Origin: Bacteriovoracia bacterium | Lineage (GTDB): Bacteria > Bdellovibrionota > UBA1018 > JBFWNL01 | Length of the DNA: 64,000 nucleotides | Direction: 5' to 3' | NCBI GenBank assembly: GCA_050251055.1 | Contig: JBFWNL010000005.1 | Coordinates: forward strand, 64,001 to 128,000 | In this document: one piece after another, positions 27,253 through 36,398 of the stretch | Numbering within the stretch: the first letter of the stretch is position 1 | Layout: each line of letters starts with the position of its first letter | Position numbers and translations under genes: made by a program | The notes under the pieces: generated by a model | What the model was told of the DNA's origin: nothing | The model's input: only the letters and a program-made list of their open reading frames with translations | The model's database searches: none

Positions 27253-28182
27253 ATGGCTTGCGTAACGATTGATTGCGATTACGTCTATCCCCAGTTCGCC
27301 GGCGCTTACCTGGTGCACGCGGACGGACGCGGCTATTTCGTGGAAAACAACACGGCCCATGCGGTCCCCCGGTTGTTACAGGCCTGCCAGACCTCCGGGG
27401 TTTCTCCGGACGCTGTGGACTTTCTGATCATCACGCATGTGCATCTGGATCACGCGGGGGGAACCTCCACCTTGCTTGCGCACTGTCCAAACGCGACGGT
27501 GCTTGCTCATCCGCGCGCGGCCCGTCACCTCGTCGATCCATCGCGCTTGGTGGGAAGCGCCCGCCAAGTATACGGAGACGCGGTGTTTGAAAAGCTCTAC
27601 GGAAGGGTGGACCCCATTCCCGCCCCGCGCGTGCGGGAAATGACGGATGGGGAACGGCTGACGTGGCAAGGACGCGAGCTTTGTTTTTGGCACACGCGCG
27701 GGCACGCCAATCACCACTTCGTAGTTCACGACGAAAAAGAAGATGCAGTTTTTACGGGCGACGCATTTGGAATCATGTACCCCGCGCTGCAAAAGCACGG
27801 GCTCTTCATCTTTCCTTCGACGAGCCCGACGGACTTCGACGCGGAAGCCGCGCGCGAAGCTGTGCGCAAGATCGTGGGCCTGGGCGCTCGTACGGCCTTG
27901 CTTACGCACTTTGGCGGCCTGACCGCCCAGCGGGAAGCCGCCGACCAGCTGATCGGGCACCTGGACTTCAGCGAGGGGCTCATGCTCGAGGCCGAAAAGT
28001 CAGGGCGATCGGACGAGGAGCTCACGGCTTTTTGCCGCGAGAAGCTGCAGACCCATTTCGTGACGACTTGGGAAGCCACGCGCCCGGCGATGAGTGGGGC
28101 GGAAAGCACGCTATTGAAGTTGGATCTGGATTTGAATGCGGCGGGCCTCGCCTACGCGGCCGTCAAGCGGCGCCAACGCTAA
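27253..28182 (+). CDS. MBL-fold metallo-hydrolase
   Basis: THVHLDHAGG, GHANHH, FTGDAFG, THFG. Confidence 0.92.
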   Translation: MACVTIDCDYVYPQFAGAYLVHADGRGYFVENNTAHAVPRLLQACQTSGVSPDAVDFLIITHVHLDHAGGTSTLLAHCPNATVLAHPRAARHLVDPSRLVGSARQVYGDAVFEKLYGRVDPIPAPRVREMTDGERLTWQGRELCFWHTRGHANHHFVVHDEKEDAVFTGDAFGIMYPALQKHGLFIFPSTSPTDFDAEAAREAVRKIVGLGARTALLTHFGGLTAQREAADQLIGHLDFSEGLMLEAEKSGRSDEELTAFCREKLQTHFVTTWEATRPAMSGAESTLLKLDLDLNAAGLAYAAVKRRQR

Positions 28183-28215
28183 CGTCGGTCCACAGACTCA
28201 CGAGACTCACGCTGG

Positions 28216-28968
28216 TTACTCACGAAACGGTTTTTCGCCCGTCTTTTGTTCAAAGCGCTTGGCCCATTCGGTAAGTAAGTCCGGATGTGCCGGTCCAAAA
28301 CCGCAGGGGCCGGCATCGTCGGAAGAACGGTAGGTGGCCTTCGAAGGCGAAGCGCCGTAGTGGCACATGAGGCAATTGTGGAGCGGTACGCGGTTCATCT
28401 GGATGCGCAGATCCCGTCCGCTCGCCGCGCTTTGAAATGCGACCTCGAAAGCAGGGGTGCCGGTGTACCGGTTTAGTTTCAACTTTCTCGGCGTGGCTTC
28501 GCCCAAAAATTCCTCGGGCGAATAGACTCCGAGCGCCCAGCGCCCCTCGGGGAGCAGTCGGGCGGTACGCAATTCATAGACCTGTGGGATCGCGGTTTGG
28601 AATTCCAGAAGGTGAAAAAGCTGGGTGCCGACGGGGTACTCCCAGCGCTCTCCCGTTTCGGTTTGAATGCGCCGGATGGCATGGCCCTTGGGCACGTGGG
28701 CATAGAAACGCTCGCGAAAGGCTTCCATCAGGTTGGCGTGGATGGAAGTCGGCTTATCGTTGATGAGGATGCGTAGGCCGAGCGGGGAAAATAGGAAGCG
28801 TGCAGGTTGGGAGAATTCCACGGTATGCGCGCCTTCTAGAACGCTGAGGGAGATTTCCTCGGGTAGGCCTTCGTAAAGCGGACCGGCCAGAACGAGAGAA
28901 AGGGGGGCGAGAAGCAGGCAACCGGTGACTAACAGGATCTTGAGAATCATTCTCATTTTTGTTCGCAC
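28216..28968 (-). CDS. Secreted protein with a single CxxCH (putative c-type heme)
   Basis: Signal peptide; CLMCH near the C-terminus followed by GPCGF. Confidence 0.65.
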   Translation of the reverse strand: MRTKMRMILKILLVTGCLLLAPLSLVLAGPLYEGLPEEISLSVLEGAHTVEFSQPARFLFSPLGLRILINDKPTSIHANLMEAFRERFYAHVPKGHAIRRIQTETGERWEYPVGTQLFHLLEFQTAIPQVYELRTARLLPEGRWALGVYSPEEFLGEATPRKLKLNRYTGTPAFEVAFQSAASGRDLRIQMNRVPLHNCLMCHYGASPSKATYRSSDDAGPCGFGPAHPDLLTEWAKRFEQKTGEKPFRE

Positions 28969-29061
28969 AGAAGCCTTTGCCCGGCAAGCGGATACCCGGC
29001 AATGACAAGAGGCGTTGACGCTTTTTCAAGAACAGGTCCGCGTCTGGGCTCGTGATCCCGA

Positions 29062-30672
29062 CTATTTTGGCGTCTCGGCGAGTTTTCGCAGCTCCGCGGG
29101 AAACGGCGTCCGCCATTCACGGGATAGGGCGCGCCGCTTTTTGAATGCGAGTTGGGGCGAAACGATGGTCCCTTGCTTTTCCTGGGCGACGGCGATGACC
29201 TTTTTATCTTTGGAAGAAGCCACGATGATGTCGGTAGGCAGCGTGCGTTTGGCGCCAACGGCTTTTAGTTCCGGGATCTCGGTCGGATCCTGCGTCGTTA
29301 GGGCGGTGAGATAGCCGCGGGCGTCGAACACGAGCTGAGCGTCTTTCGGCACGAGTTTTTTGGTCCACTCATCCAGTAAGTCGAGCGTCCCCGTGCGTAG
29401 CATCGGGGGAGCCAGCGGTGTTTTTAGCGTGTTCATGAAACGACGGACCTGGCCCGTGGTGAGGCCAGGCTCTTCGGATTTCATCACCGCCACGGCCGCG
29501 GCCAAAAATGCGGCCGCGGTGGACGAGCCGTCGAAGCTTTCTCCGTTCGTGAAGCGCACGCGGGCGCCGTCGATAGAGACTTCGGGCTTTACGCGTCCGT
29601 CGGCAGTGGGGCCGATGGAGGAAACCCCGGTAAAATCACCGACGGTAATCACCGTGGGGTTGTCCGCCGGAGCCATGATCTCGCTCGTTTCGGAACGATC
29701 GTGGAAAATAACGGCGTCCTGCTTGTCGGATTTCAAGAGCACGCGCAAGCGGTCCATGGATTCGAAATGGTTGGATTTTGCGCGCACTTGGATTCGATAG
29801 TTACCGCGATTGAGATTCACGAGCTGGACGGTTTCGCGGGCGTGACTCGAAAGCTTGGCGTTATCCGGCGAGGCGTTGGGATCGTCCTTGGCTTTCGGAG
29901 CCTCTCCCCGCTGGATCAGTTCGCCGGATCCGACGAGTTGGTCCTTTTCGTCGTAAACGAATACATCGAGATCCTTGGCGGTATTATAAGCCTCGTCATC
30001 TTTGAAGTCGCTCCAGCTCAGGCTGATATTCACGGTGTTCTCGTCGAGCAGATTCTGGAAGCGCAGGTGATCCCGCACCCCGAACTGCACGACGTCGCCC
30101 TTGAGCTGGCGTTTGATTGCGGCGTTGTGCACCATCGCGCCGTGGTTGCCGGAGGCATTGATCCAAATCACGCCCGCCGCGGTGGCGCGGCTCACCTGGG
30201 CATTAATAAAACCCTTGCCGTCGAAGTTACTACCGAACGGCCAGACCTGGCTGTAGAGCACGACGTCGATTTTGTGTTCGATCACGTAATCGATTGCGGC
30301 TTTAAGATTCGAGAATCCGTTGGTGTTGATGAGATAGAATTCGGGGCCGGTCTCGCGCTTGCCGGTGAGCCCCCAAATGACTTGGGCCATCCCGGTACCG
30401 TGCGTGGTTTGGCCGGCGGGGAACTGGGTGAGGTTCAATAGCTGGGCGTTGTCGGGCAGCAAACCCTTGCCGGTTTCGAAGCCGCCGAAGCCGTTGTCGA
30501 GCACGGCGACTTTCACGTGCTTCAGCTTCTCGGCGTTCGCATAGGCGCGCAGGCCCAGGTTGTTACGCAGACGCTCGCGGTCCATGATCTCGTTTGCCGC
30601 CAGCGCCTTTACCGCGAAGGCCAGAGCCATTGAAACCGCCAAGATGCTGAGGATCCACTTTTTCATAAACAT
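29062..30672 (-). CDS. Secreted S8 (subtilisin-like) serine peptidase with an inserted beta-domain
   Basis: VAVLDNGF (Asp), HGTGMA (His), NASGN, FDGSSTAA (Ser); signal peptide from ATG 30672. Confidence 0.85.
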   Translation of the reverse strand: MFMKKWILSILAVSMALAFAVKALAANEIMDRERLRNNLGLRAYANAEKLKHVKVAVLDNGFGGFETGKGLLPDNAQLLNLTQFPAGQTTHGTGMAQVIWGLTGKRETGPEFYLINTNGFSNLKAAIDYVIEHKIDVVLYSQVWPFGSNFDGKGFINAQVSRATAAGVIWINASGNHGAMVHNAAIKRQLKGDVVQFGVRDHLRFQNLLDENTVNISLSWSDFKDDEAYNTAKDLDVFVYDEKDQLVGSGELIQRGEAPKAKDDPNASPDNAKLSSHARETVQLVNLNRGNYRIQVRAKSNHFESMDRLRVLLKSDKQDAVIFHDRSETSEIMAPADNPTVITVGDFTGVSSIGPTADGRVKPEVSIDGARVRFTNGESFDGSSTAAAFLAAAVAVMKSEEPGLTTGQVRRFMNTLKTPLAPPMLRTGTLDLLDEWTKKLVPKDAQLVFDARGYLTALTTQDPTEIPELKAVGAKRTLPTDIIVASSKDKKVIAVAQEKQGTIVSPQLAFKKRRALSREWRTPFPAELRKLAETPK

Positions 30673-30686
30673 AGCCAACTTCCTTC

Positions 30687-30753
30687 GTGAGCGAGAACGA
30701 GGCTCCCCTTGACGGAGAAGATTAGGCCCCCGACGTCGGGGAGCCTCTCTCAC
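30687..30753 (-). terminator. Intergenic stem-loop between the Tyr-rich gene and the S8 peptidase
   Basis: GAGGCTCCCC (30699-30708) pairs with GGGGAGCCTC (30738-30747), with inner and outer extensions; no U-tract. Confidence 0.6.
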
Positions 30754-30763
30754 TCAGACCTGA

Positions 30764-31246
30764 TTACCACCAACCGCGATAGCAGTTACTGTAACGGGGA
30801 TAATAGTACGTGTAGCTATATCCCGAGTAACGGTAGCTGTAGCTCGGATAGTAGTAGTAGGTGTAGCCATAGCTGCCACGGTAGTAATTGTACGAGTAAT
30901 AGTTTCCGCAACTATTACGATAGTAGTTACCGTAGTTGTAGCCGCCGGAGTAACTCCAGCGGTGCCACGACTCATCTGACGTGACCTTGTCCAGCTCCGT
31001 GCCGTCGGTCACGTTCATCAGGTTCTCTTTCTTCACGTGAGACATGGCGTTCATGGCGGCCTTTTCGTCCGTCACGACCTTCATGTCCTTAGCGAGATAG
31101 ATTTCCTGATGACCCGAGACGTCCTCGCGGACCACGAGACCTTGAGGGGCGTCTTTGCCATCAGCAGGAGCGGTGGGATCAAGCTCACCCGCGGATGCGC
31201 TGAGCGCGCCCACGGCAAACATCATCAATGCGATGTGCTTAATCAC
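30764..31246 (-). CDS. Secreted pre-pro-protein with a Tyr-rich C-terminal core
   Basis: GTG start with AGGAGG RBS; signal peptide ..LSASA; the last 66 aa contain 26 Tyr. Confidence 0.85.
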   Translation of the reverse strand: MIKHIALMMFAVGALSASAGELDPTAPADGKDAPQGLVVREDVSGHQEIYLAKDMKVVTDEKAAMNAMSHVKKENLMNVTDGTELDKVTSDESWHRWSYSGGYNYGNYYRNSCGNYYSYNYYRGSYGYTYYYYPSYSYRYSGYSYTYYYPRYSNCYRGWW

Positions 31247-31249
31247 GAT

Positions 31250-31456
31250 GTGCCTCCTAGTTACTCACCCATAAAACCCCCGCCGCTTGCGCAGTGGGGT
31301 GAAGGGCACTGGGTGAGGTTCAGTGCTCTCAGACTAGGTTCTGAAGATCGCTTGGAGCGTGAGCGTGTGCCCCGTTCGTTTAGGCGCACGGGGTAGCGCC
31401 TGGGCGGACTGAAGGATGATTCAAGTCCGTCCGACTCCAAAAAAAATCCAGAACGG
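31250..31456 (-). ncRNA. Candidate structured 5' leader (cis-regulatory RNA)
   Basis: Several nested helices between the sigma54 site and the RBS. Confidence 0.45.
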
Positions 31457-31466
31457 AGGGCTGTTC

Positions 31467-31482
31467 AGCAAGGGGTGTACCA
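31467..31482 (-). promoter_or_regulatory. Sigma54-type -24/-12 promoter
   Basis: Minus strand reads TGGTACACCCCTTGCT. Confidence 0.7.
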
Positions 31483-31643
31483 GGGAGGTGGGCTAGGTGA
31501 GCGGCGCGTTGTGTTTTTTGACTTTGAAATAACTGAGATTTTTTAGGCAGTCTGCACGCAAGCGGGATGCATTGGAGCCAAAAAAGAATAGCCGATTTTT
31601 TTTATCGGAGACAAAATGGGCAATGCTGCGAATACAAAGTGGC

Positions 31644-32090
31644 TTAGCTTGCGCGGATCACGATTCCAGTGATCGAGTAGCTACCGCAAGTCGGTGAACC
31701 CGTCACCGTCACCGTGAGGTTGTTGCCGTCCAACGTGCCCGATAGTGTCAGCGCGCCCGTGCAGGTACTGGGGGCGGTGAGGGTGATCGTGCCGGTAACG
31801 GAGTTGCCGGATTTAGTGGCGGTGATCGTGCCCTGATAGGTGATGTTCCCCGTTGTCGTGACGGCGGTGTAAGTTCCGGTGGTGGTGCTACCTGATTCCG
31901 TCATCGCAAACTGCGCAGTCGCGCTTTGGCCGGTGGCGCCGCCGATGGTTCCGGTCAAGGTACCCGTGAAGGTTCCGGTCAGCCCCTTTCCACAAGAGGT
32001 CAGGGATAAAGCGAAAAGCGCCACTACTGCGAAATTCACTACTTTCAACCGGATCTTCATAGCTGGATCATCTCCCTTATATATCCTCAA
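31644..32090 (-). CDS. Small Thr/Gly-rich beta-strand lipoprotein
   Basis: Lipobox SLTSC; alternating Thr/Gly strands, two additional Cys. Confidence 0.7.
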   Translation of the reverse strand: MRIYKGDDPAMKIRLKVVNFAVVALFALSLTSCGKGLTGTFTGTLTGTIGGATGQSATAQFAMTESGSTTTGTYTAVTTTGNITYQGTITATKSGNSVTGTITLTAPSTCTGALTLSGTLDGNNLTVTVTGSPTCGSYSITGIVIRAS

Positions 32091-32204
32091 GAATGACGGG
32101 GATATGCAACAAAATCAATTGAAAAGGTGGCAATGGCTCCTCCTTTCCTCCGTCAATTTTGTGGCATGGTGATTCGGGGAGTCGCGTGCGATCCTAAGCC
32201 GTAT

Positions 32205-33326
32205 ATGAAAATCAAATGGATCGTAGCGGGCGTGGGGTTCGCGTGGGCCATGACGGGACCCGCGACGGTGCAAGATCACGGTTTTCGATTTCGGGATGGA
32301 GTCTGCCAGGATGAACGGGGGCTGCGCGGGCTGAATCCGGGGTACTTCGGCCAGTGTGGGGATCTGAGTGGCGCGGTGCTCGCCAAACTCGATTTGAGCG
32401 GAACAGACTTCAGCGGTACGCTCTTGTCCTCCGCGATTTTAACTCAGGTGTCTTTCAAGGGGGCGACCCTTAAGGGTGTTCGCTTTGATTCATCCCGATT
32501 CGAAGACGTGAAATTCGACGACGCCTTGGTTCAGGGCGCGGATTTCTCACGGGGTACCTTCAAGCGCGTGACGTTTCTGAATGCCAAGCTTTCGTCGACG
32601 CGATTCGTAGGCAGCGATTTGCAGGGTACGGTTGCGGATCAGTTCGCTTGCGAAAAATGCGATTTCACGGGGGCATTTCTGAATGGCGTGACGTGGACCT
32701 CCGCGCAGCTGGAAGGTGGAAAGTTCGTGCGCGCCAATCTCTCCAGCGCCAATCTCTCGCGTGCCAACCTGGGAGGAGCTGATTTTTCGGAGGCGCGCGT
32801 GACTTCCGCGGTGTTAGAACGCGCCACGCTCAGTCGCGCGGAAATGCGGGGGGCGAACTTTCGGGCCGCGAAGCTGAAGGGTGCCATCGTGGCGGATGTG
32901 CGCTGGGCGGGCGCGGTCTACAGCCGTAAGACGATCCTCCCTTTTTCTGAAACCGACGCCAAGGACCTGGGAATGATCTTGAAGGGTGCCGAATGCCAAG
33001 CGGGCACCGACGTCGAAGTGGACGAGATTTGCTATTACCTAGACGGCTCGGGCGGCAACTGCGCCGAAGACTTCATGCTCGCGCCCCAGTCGATCCTGGC
33101 GACGATTGGCACGAAATTCGTGGGCAAGACCTATCGCACGAAGGTTTCCGATAACTGCTGCGTCTACCATGCCGAGGTGGCGAAGGAAGGCGAAGATTAC
33201 GGTGCGCAAATCGACTGTAACGAGCCAGGCCCTTTCAAGGAGGGCGTTATTCTCAATGGTGCCGGCTGCACGGACGTACAGAACAAGCAGCCGGCTCAGC
33301 TGACTCTTTGTATGTCGAAGGAATAG
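32205..33326 (+). CDS. Secreted pentapeptide-repeat protein with a Cys-rich C-terminal domain
   Basis: ANLSSANLSRANLGGADFS-type repeats; C-terminal domain with many Cys. Confidence 0.85.
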   Translation: MKIKWIVAGVGFAWAMTGPATVQDHGFRFRDGVCQDERGLRGLNPGYFGQCGDLSGAVLAKLDLSGTDFSGTLLSSAILTQVSFKGATLKGVRFDSSRFEDVKFDDALVQGADFSRGTFKRVTFLNAKLSSTRFVGSDLQGTVADQFACEKCDFTGAFLNGVTWTSAQLEGGKFVRANLSSANLSRANLGGADFSEARVTSAVLERATLSRAEMRGANFRAAKLKGAIVADVRWAGAVYSRKTILPFSETDAKDLGMILKGAECQAGTDVEVDEICYYLDGSGGNCAEDFMLAPQSILATIGTKFVGKTYRTKVSDNCCVYHAEVAKEGEDYGAQIDCNEPGPFKEGVILNGAGCTDVQNKQPAQLTLCMSKE

Positions 33327-33342
33327 TCCAGAGCAACGCTTA

Positions 33343-34632
33343 TTAGCGCAGGCCCCAGATCTCCACCGTGGCTTGCGAATTGTTCAATACCGGATATCCG
33401 CCGTAAGGGCTGCGCACGTAAGTGGACACGCTTTGGCCTACGACGACGATCGAGTCGATGCACTTGGTGCCCCAACGCGAGAGATCGCGCCAGGCGAGAT
33501 CGCCCGCACCATCGACGTACACGCCGTTGACATCAAGCTCGTCGCCCGTGCCGTCGGTGAACCGCAGCGCGATACGATCGATGTTCGCGGCGGCGCCCGT
33601 CACGCGGATGCGCACCTTCTTCACGCAATTGGTGTAATCATTCACTTCGATGACGTCGAAGTCCGTCATGCTGGTGGAGAGCGACGTCGATCCGATTTTA
33701 TAGACCGACTGGCCAGTGGGAATGCCCACGCGACAGGCGTCTTCCCAGTTGCCGACGAAGCGATCGTAGCGGGCCGAGCCGGCACGCATGCTGAAGCCGC
33801 GCTGGGGTTTGAAGCGATAGCGCCCTCCGCGCTCTTCGGCATTGCCGATCGTGCCCCAGCCGCCGTGGCGTTGGGGGCGGCCCGGGTTCGGATTATAACC
33901 GCCTGGGTTACCAGGGTTACCGGGGTAGCCAGGGTTGCCACCGGGGCGTCCAGGGCCGCCGGGGTAACCGGGGTAACCAGGATTGCCTGGGTAACCTGGG
34001 TTTCCAGGATAGCCGGGGTTCGTGGGTGGAGCCGGCGGATTGTAGGCCGGGACCAAGCTCTTCATGTAAAGGCGAAGCGTCACCATCGCGGCGGATACCT
34101 TATCGTAGTCCGCTTCGATCTGACGCAGGTTGAAATGGCGCGCGAAACGGGCGCGGCGGCCGCCGTTAAATTCCGTCATCTGCATCACGAGCTGGGTCTT
34201 GAAGCTCGTGGCGTGCTCGTCCAGAACTTCGAAGGCCGTCGGCAGCGAGAATAGCGTCCATTCCACGGCGTACTTTCCGGTACTGTCGACGCGATTCACG
34301 AGGTCGTTGAAGATCAGCACCGAGGTGTTCAGGCGCTGGGCTTCGAACATGATATCCATTTCAGCCTTGCTGCTCGTGTCTTGACCGCGCCAGTAGTCGG
34401 CGCCCCAGTAGTCGCCGCTCATGTTGTTGAAGTAGGTGTTGGCGGTCGTATTCATGGCGTTCGCCTGCGTCACCAGGTAATTGGTGAGCTCGCGGACGCG
34501 ATCCATGCGAGGATCGCTGCAGTGGCCGTCGATTCCGGGTTGGGCCTGGGAGGTCGCCGCGATGGCGAGCAGGGCCAGGGCGGATACGATTTGGGTCGAG
34601 ATCTTGGTTTTCATTTTCGTTTCCTTTTCCAT
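33343..34632 (-). CDS. Secreted protein: helical domain, GNPGYP linker, beta-sandwich C-terminus
   Basis: Signal peptide ..AATSQA; Pro/Gly repeats; C-terminus DFDVIEV..ATVEIWG. Confidence 0.78.
   Translation of the reverse strand: MEKETKMKTKISTQIVSALALLAIAATSQAQPGIDGHCSDPRMDRVRELTNYLVTQANAMNTTANTYFNNMSGDYWGADYWRGQDTSSKAEMDIMFEAQRLNTSVLIFNDLVNRVDSTGKYAVEWTLFSLPTAFEVLDEHATSFKTQLVMQMTEFNGGRRARFARHFNLRQIEADYDKVSAAMVTLRLYMKSLVPAYNPPAPPTNPGYPGNPGYPGNPGYPGYPGGPGRPGGNPGYPGNPGNPGGYNPNPGRPQRHGGWGTIGNAEERGGRYRFKPQRGFSMRAGSARYDRFVGNWEDACRVGIPTGQSVYKIGSTSLSTSMTDFDVIEVNDYTNCVKKVRIRVTGAAANIDRIALRFTDGTGDELDVNGVYVDGAGDLAWRDLSRWGTKCIDSIVVVGQSVSTYVRSPYGGYPVLNNSQATVEIWGLR
33880..34040 (-). repeat. Coding (GN/GY)PG tandem repeats
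   Basis: NPGYPGNPGYPGNPGYPGYPGGPGRPGGNPGYPGNPGNPG; boundaries approximate. Confidence 0.85.
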
Positions 34633-34649
34633 TTTCTCTAGGGCTGGAT

Positions 34650-35795
34650 TCAGCGCGTATATTTCACGGTTACTTTTTCAACGACGACTTCGTTGTTGCC
34701 GCTGGCGTGCAGGCGCAACGTGCCGCTTCCGGAGGTCTCGGCAGGCGCGTCGAACGCCGCGATCATTGAGTTCTTTCCGATGGAGACTCCGTCCCCGAAG
34801 TTGAAGCCCAGGCTAGAGACGCCCTTTAGGGTGATGGAAGCGTTGCCGCGCTTGGGATAGATCACGTACGCGTAGAGATATCCGTTCTTCGAGTCCCCGA
34901 CGCGCGCGTTCGCTTGTACGCTCACTTGGACAACCTTCGCCCCGCGTGGGAGCATCGAGTCCAAGTCGAAGTCGAGCATGTCTTTATTCGGGACCGTCGG
35001 GGGGGCGATGCGAGCGCCTTCCGTCGCGCACTTGTTGCCGCCGATACAGTACCAGCCGCGAGAGCCGTCCGCCGCGTTTTTCGGCATTTCGATTAACTCG
35101 AAAGTCGGGCCAGGGTTCGGGCGACCAGGGCCACCCGGAAAACCAGGGCCATTCGGGCCTCCCGGACGTCCGGGACCATTCGGATTTCCAGGCGGGTAGC
35201 CCGGACCGTTGGGACGGCCAGGGCCGCCAGGGTTACCTGGCCCAGAGGGGCCGTCGATTTCATTCACCCAAGCCTTCAGCTGATCCATCTTTTGGTTGAG
35301 GCTAATGAGCTGATTGTAGGTTTGTTCAATCTTGGTGTGCTCGCAGAAATCGCGGTGGCGATCACCGTTCATGATGTTGGCGATGATCTGGATAAGCGAG
35401 GCATGATCGCCGGAGAACACGCGGAACGCTTTCGGCAGGGAGTAGTAGGTGCTGTCGATGCGATAGGTCGTGGGCGCGGGCATCCACCAGGTACCGGTGC
35501 TGACGATGGGATTCACCAAGTTGTCGAACGTCTGCGCCGAAGTGACGAAACGGCGCACTTCGAAGATGGCCTTCATCTCGTCCTTGCGATTCTGGGGGTT
35601 TTGCACCCAGTAGCGCGGGTTGTTCTCCACGAAGGCATCGAAAGCGGCGGTGAGCTGAGTGGCTTCGTCGAGCACGTTCTTGCTAAGCGTGCGGATCGCG
35701 GCTTTGTTTTGATACTCTTCACGGGGGCCGTCGGCCAAAGCGGCCACGGCGATAACGAGCAACGAGCTGATAGCGATAAGCGGTGACTTCACCAT
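34650..35795 (-). CDS. Secreted protein with an N-domain paralogous to 33343..34632, a GPGRP linker and a different C-terminus
   Basis: Shared FE..R..TS...F..LVN...STG and SLP.AF.V motifs. Confidence 0.78.
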   Translation of the reverse strand: MVKSPLIAISSLLVIAVAALADGPREEYQNKAAIRTLSKNVLDEATQLTAAFDAFVENNPRYWVQNPQNRKDEMKAIFEVRRFVTSAQTFDNLVNPIVSTGTWWMPAPTTYRIDSTYYSLPKAFRVFSGDHASLIQIIANIMNGDRHRDFCEHTKIEQTYNQLISLNQKMDQLKAWVNEIDGPSGPGNPGGPGRPNGPGYPPGNPNGPGRPGGPNGPGFPGGPGRPNPGPTFELIEMPKNAADGSRGWYCIGGNKCATEGARIAPPTVPNKDMLDFDLDSMLPRGAKVVQVSVQANARVGDSKNGYLYAYVIYPKRGNASITLKGVSSLGFNFGDGVSIGKNSMIAAFDAPAETSGSGTLRLHASGNNEVVVEKVTVKYTR

Positions 35796-35908
35796 TTGCG
35801 TACTCCTTAGGTAATCAATCGAGGAAGCTATACCGAATGGTGACGCGTTGTGTCAATGATTCTGTGGGGATCGTTGCTAGAAAAAAGGTTTTATTAGAAC
35901 ATGGGCTT

Positions 35909-36337
35909 ATGCCGATTTGGTTTCGTGATTATGAGTTAGAGGAAGTGAGAAAGCTTGGGCGGGAGACGATGGTCGACCACCTGGGTATCGAAATCACCTA
36001 TATAGATGATCAGGCCATTCACGGCTCCATGCCGGTGGACGCGCGTACGAAACAGCCGGCCGGTCTCCTGCATGGAGGAGCTTCGGTTGCGCTCGCCGAG
36101 TCGCTTGCGAGCATTGGAGCAAACCTCGTAGTCGACCCGAGTCGGCAGTATTGCGTGGGTTTGGAAATCAACGCAAACCACGTGGGCGCTTGCACGGAAG
36201 GAAAGGTGCAGGCGACGGCGGCGCCGCTTCACTTGGGGAAGAGCACCCAGGTGTGGGAAACCCGCATTCACCAGGGAGACCGCCTGGTTTGCGTAAGTCG
36301 CATGACTCTGGCCGTGCTTGAACGACGCGTGAAATAG
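35909..36337 (+). CDS. Hotdog thioesterase (MenI/EntH/YdiI-like)
   Basis: QPAGLLHGGASVALAES, GLEINANH, HLGKSTQVW. Confidence 0.9.
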   Translation: MPIWFRDYELEEVRKLGRETMVDHLGIEITYIDDQAIHGSMPVDARTKQPAGLLHGGASVALAESLASIGANLVVDPSRQYCVGLEINANHVGACTEGKVQATAAPLHLGKSTQVWETRIHQGDRLVCVSRMTLAVLERRVK

Positions 36338-36398
36338 TCCCGCCATACTTGTGTTGTCCGATCTACCATGTTAACACGCCGCCCAGTCGCCTATAGAA

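Noticed and set aside
30673-30753. Arg-rich N-terminal extension of the S8 ORF
   Set aside because: It corresponds to the intergenic hairpin; the RBS and signal peptide indicate a start at 30672.
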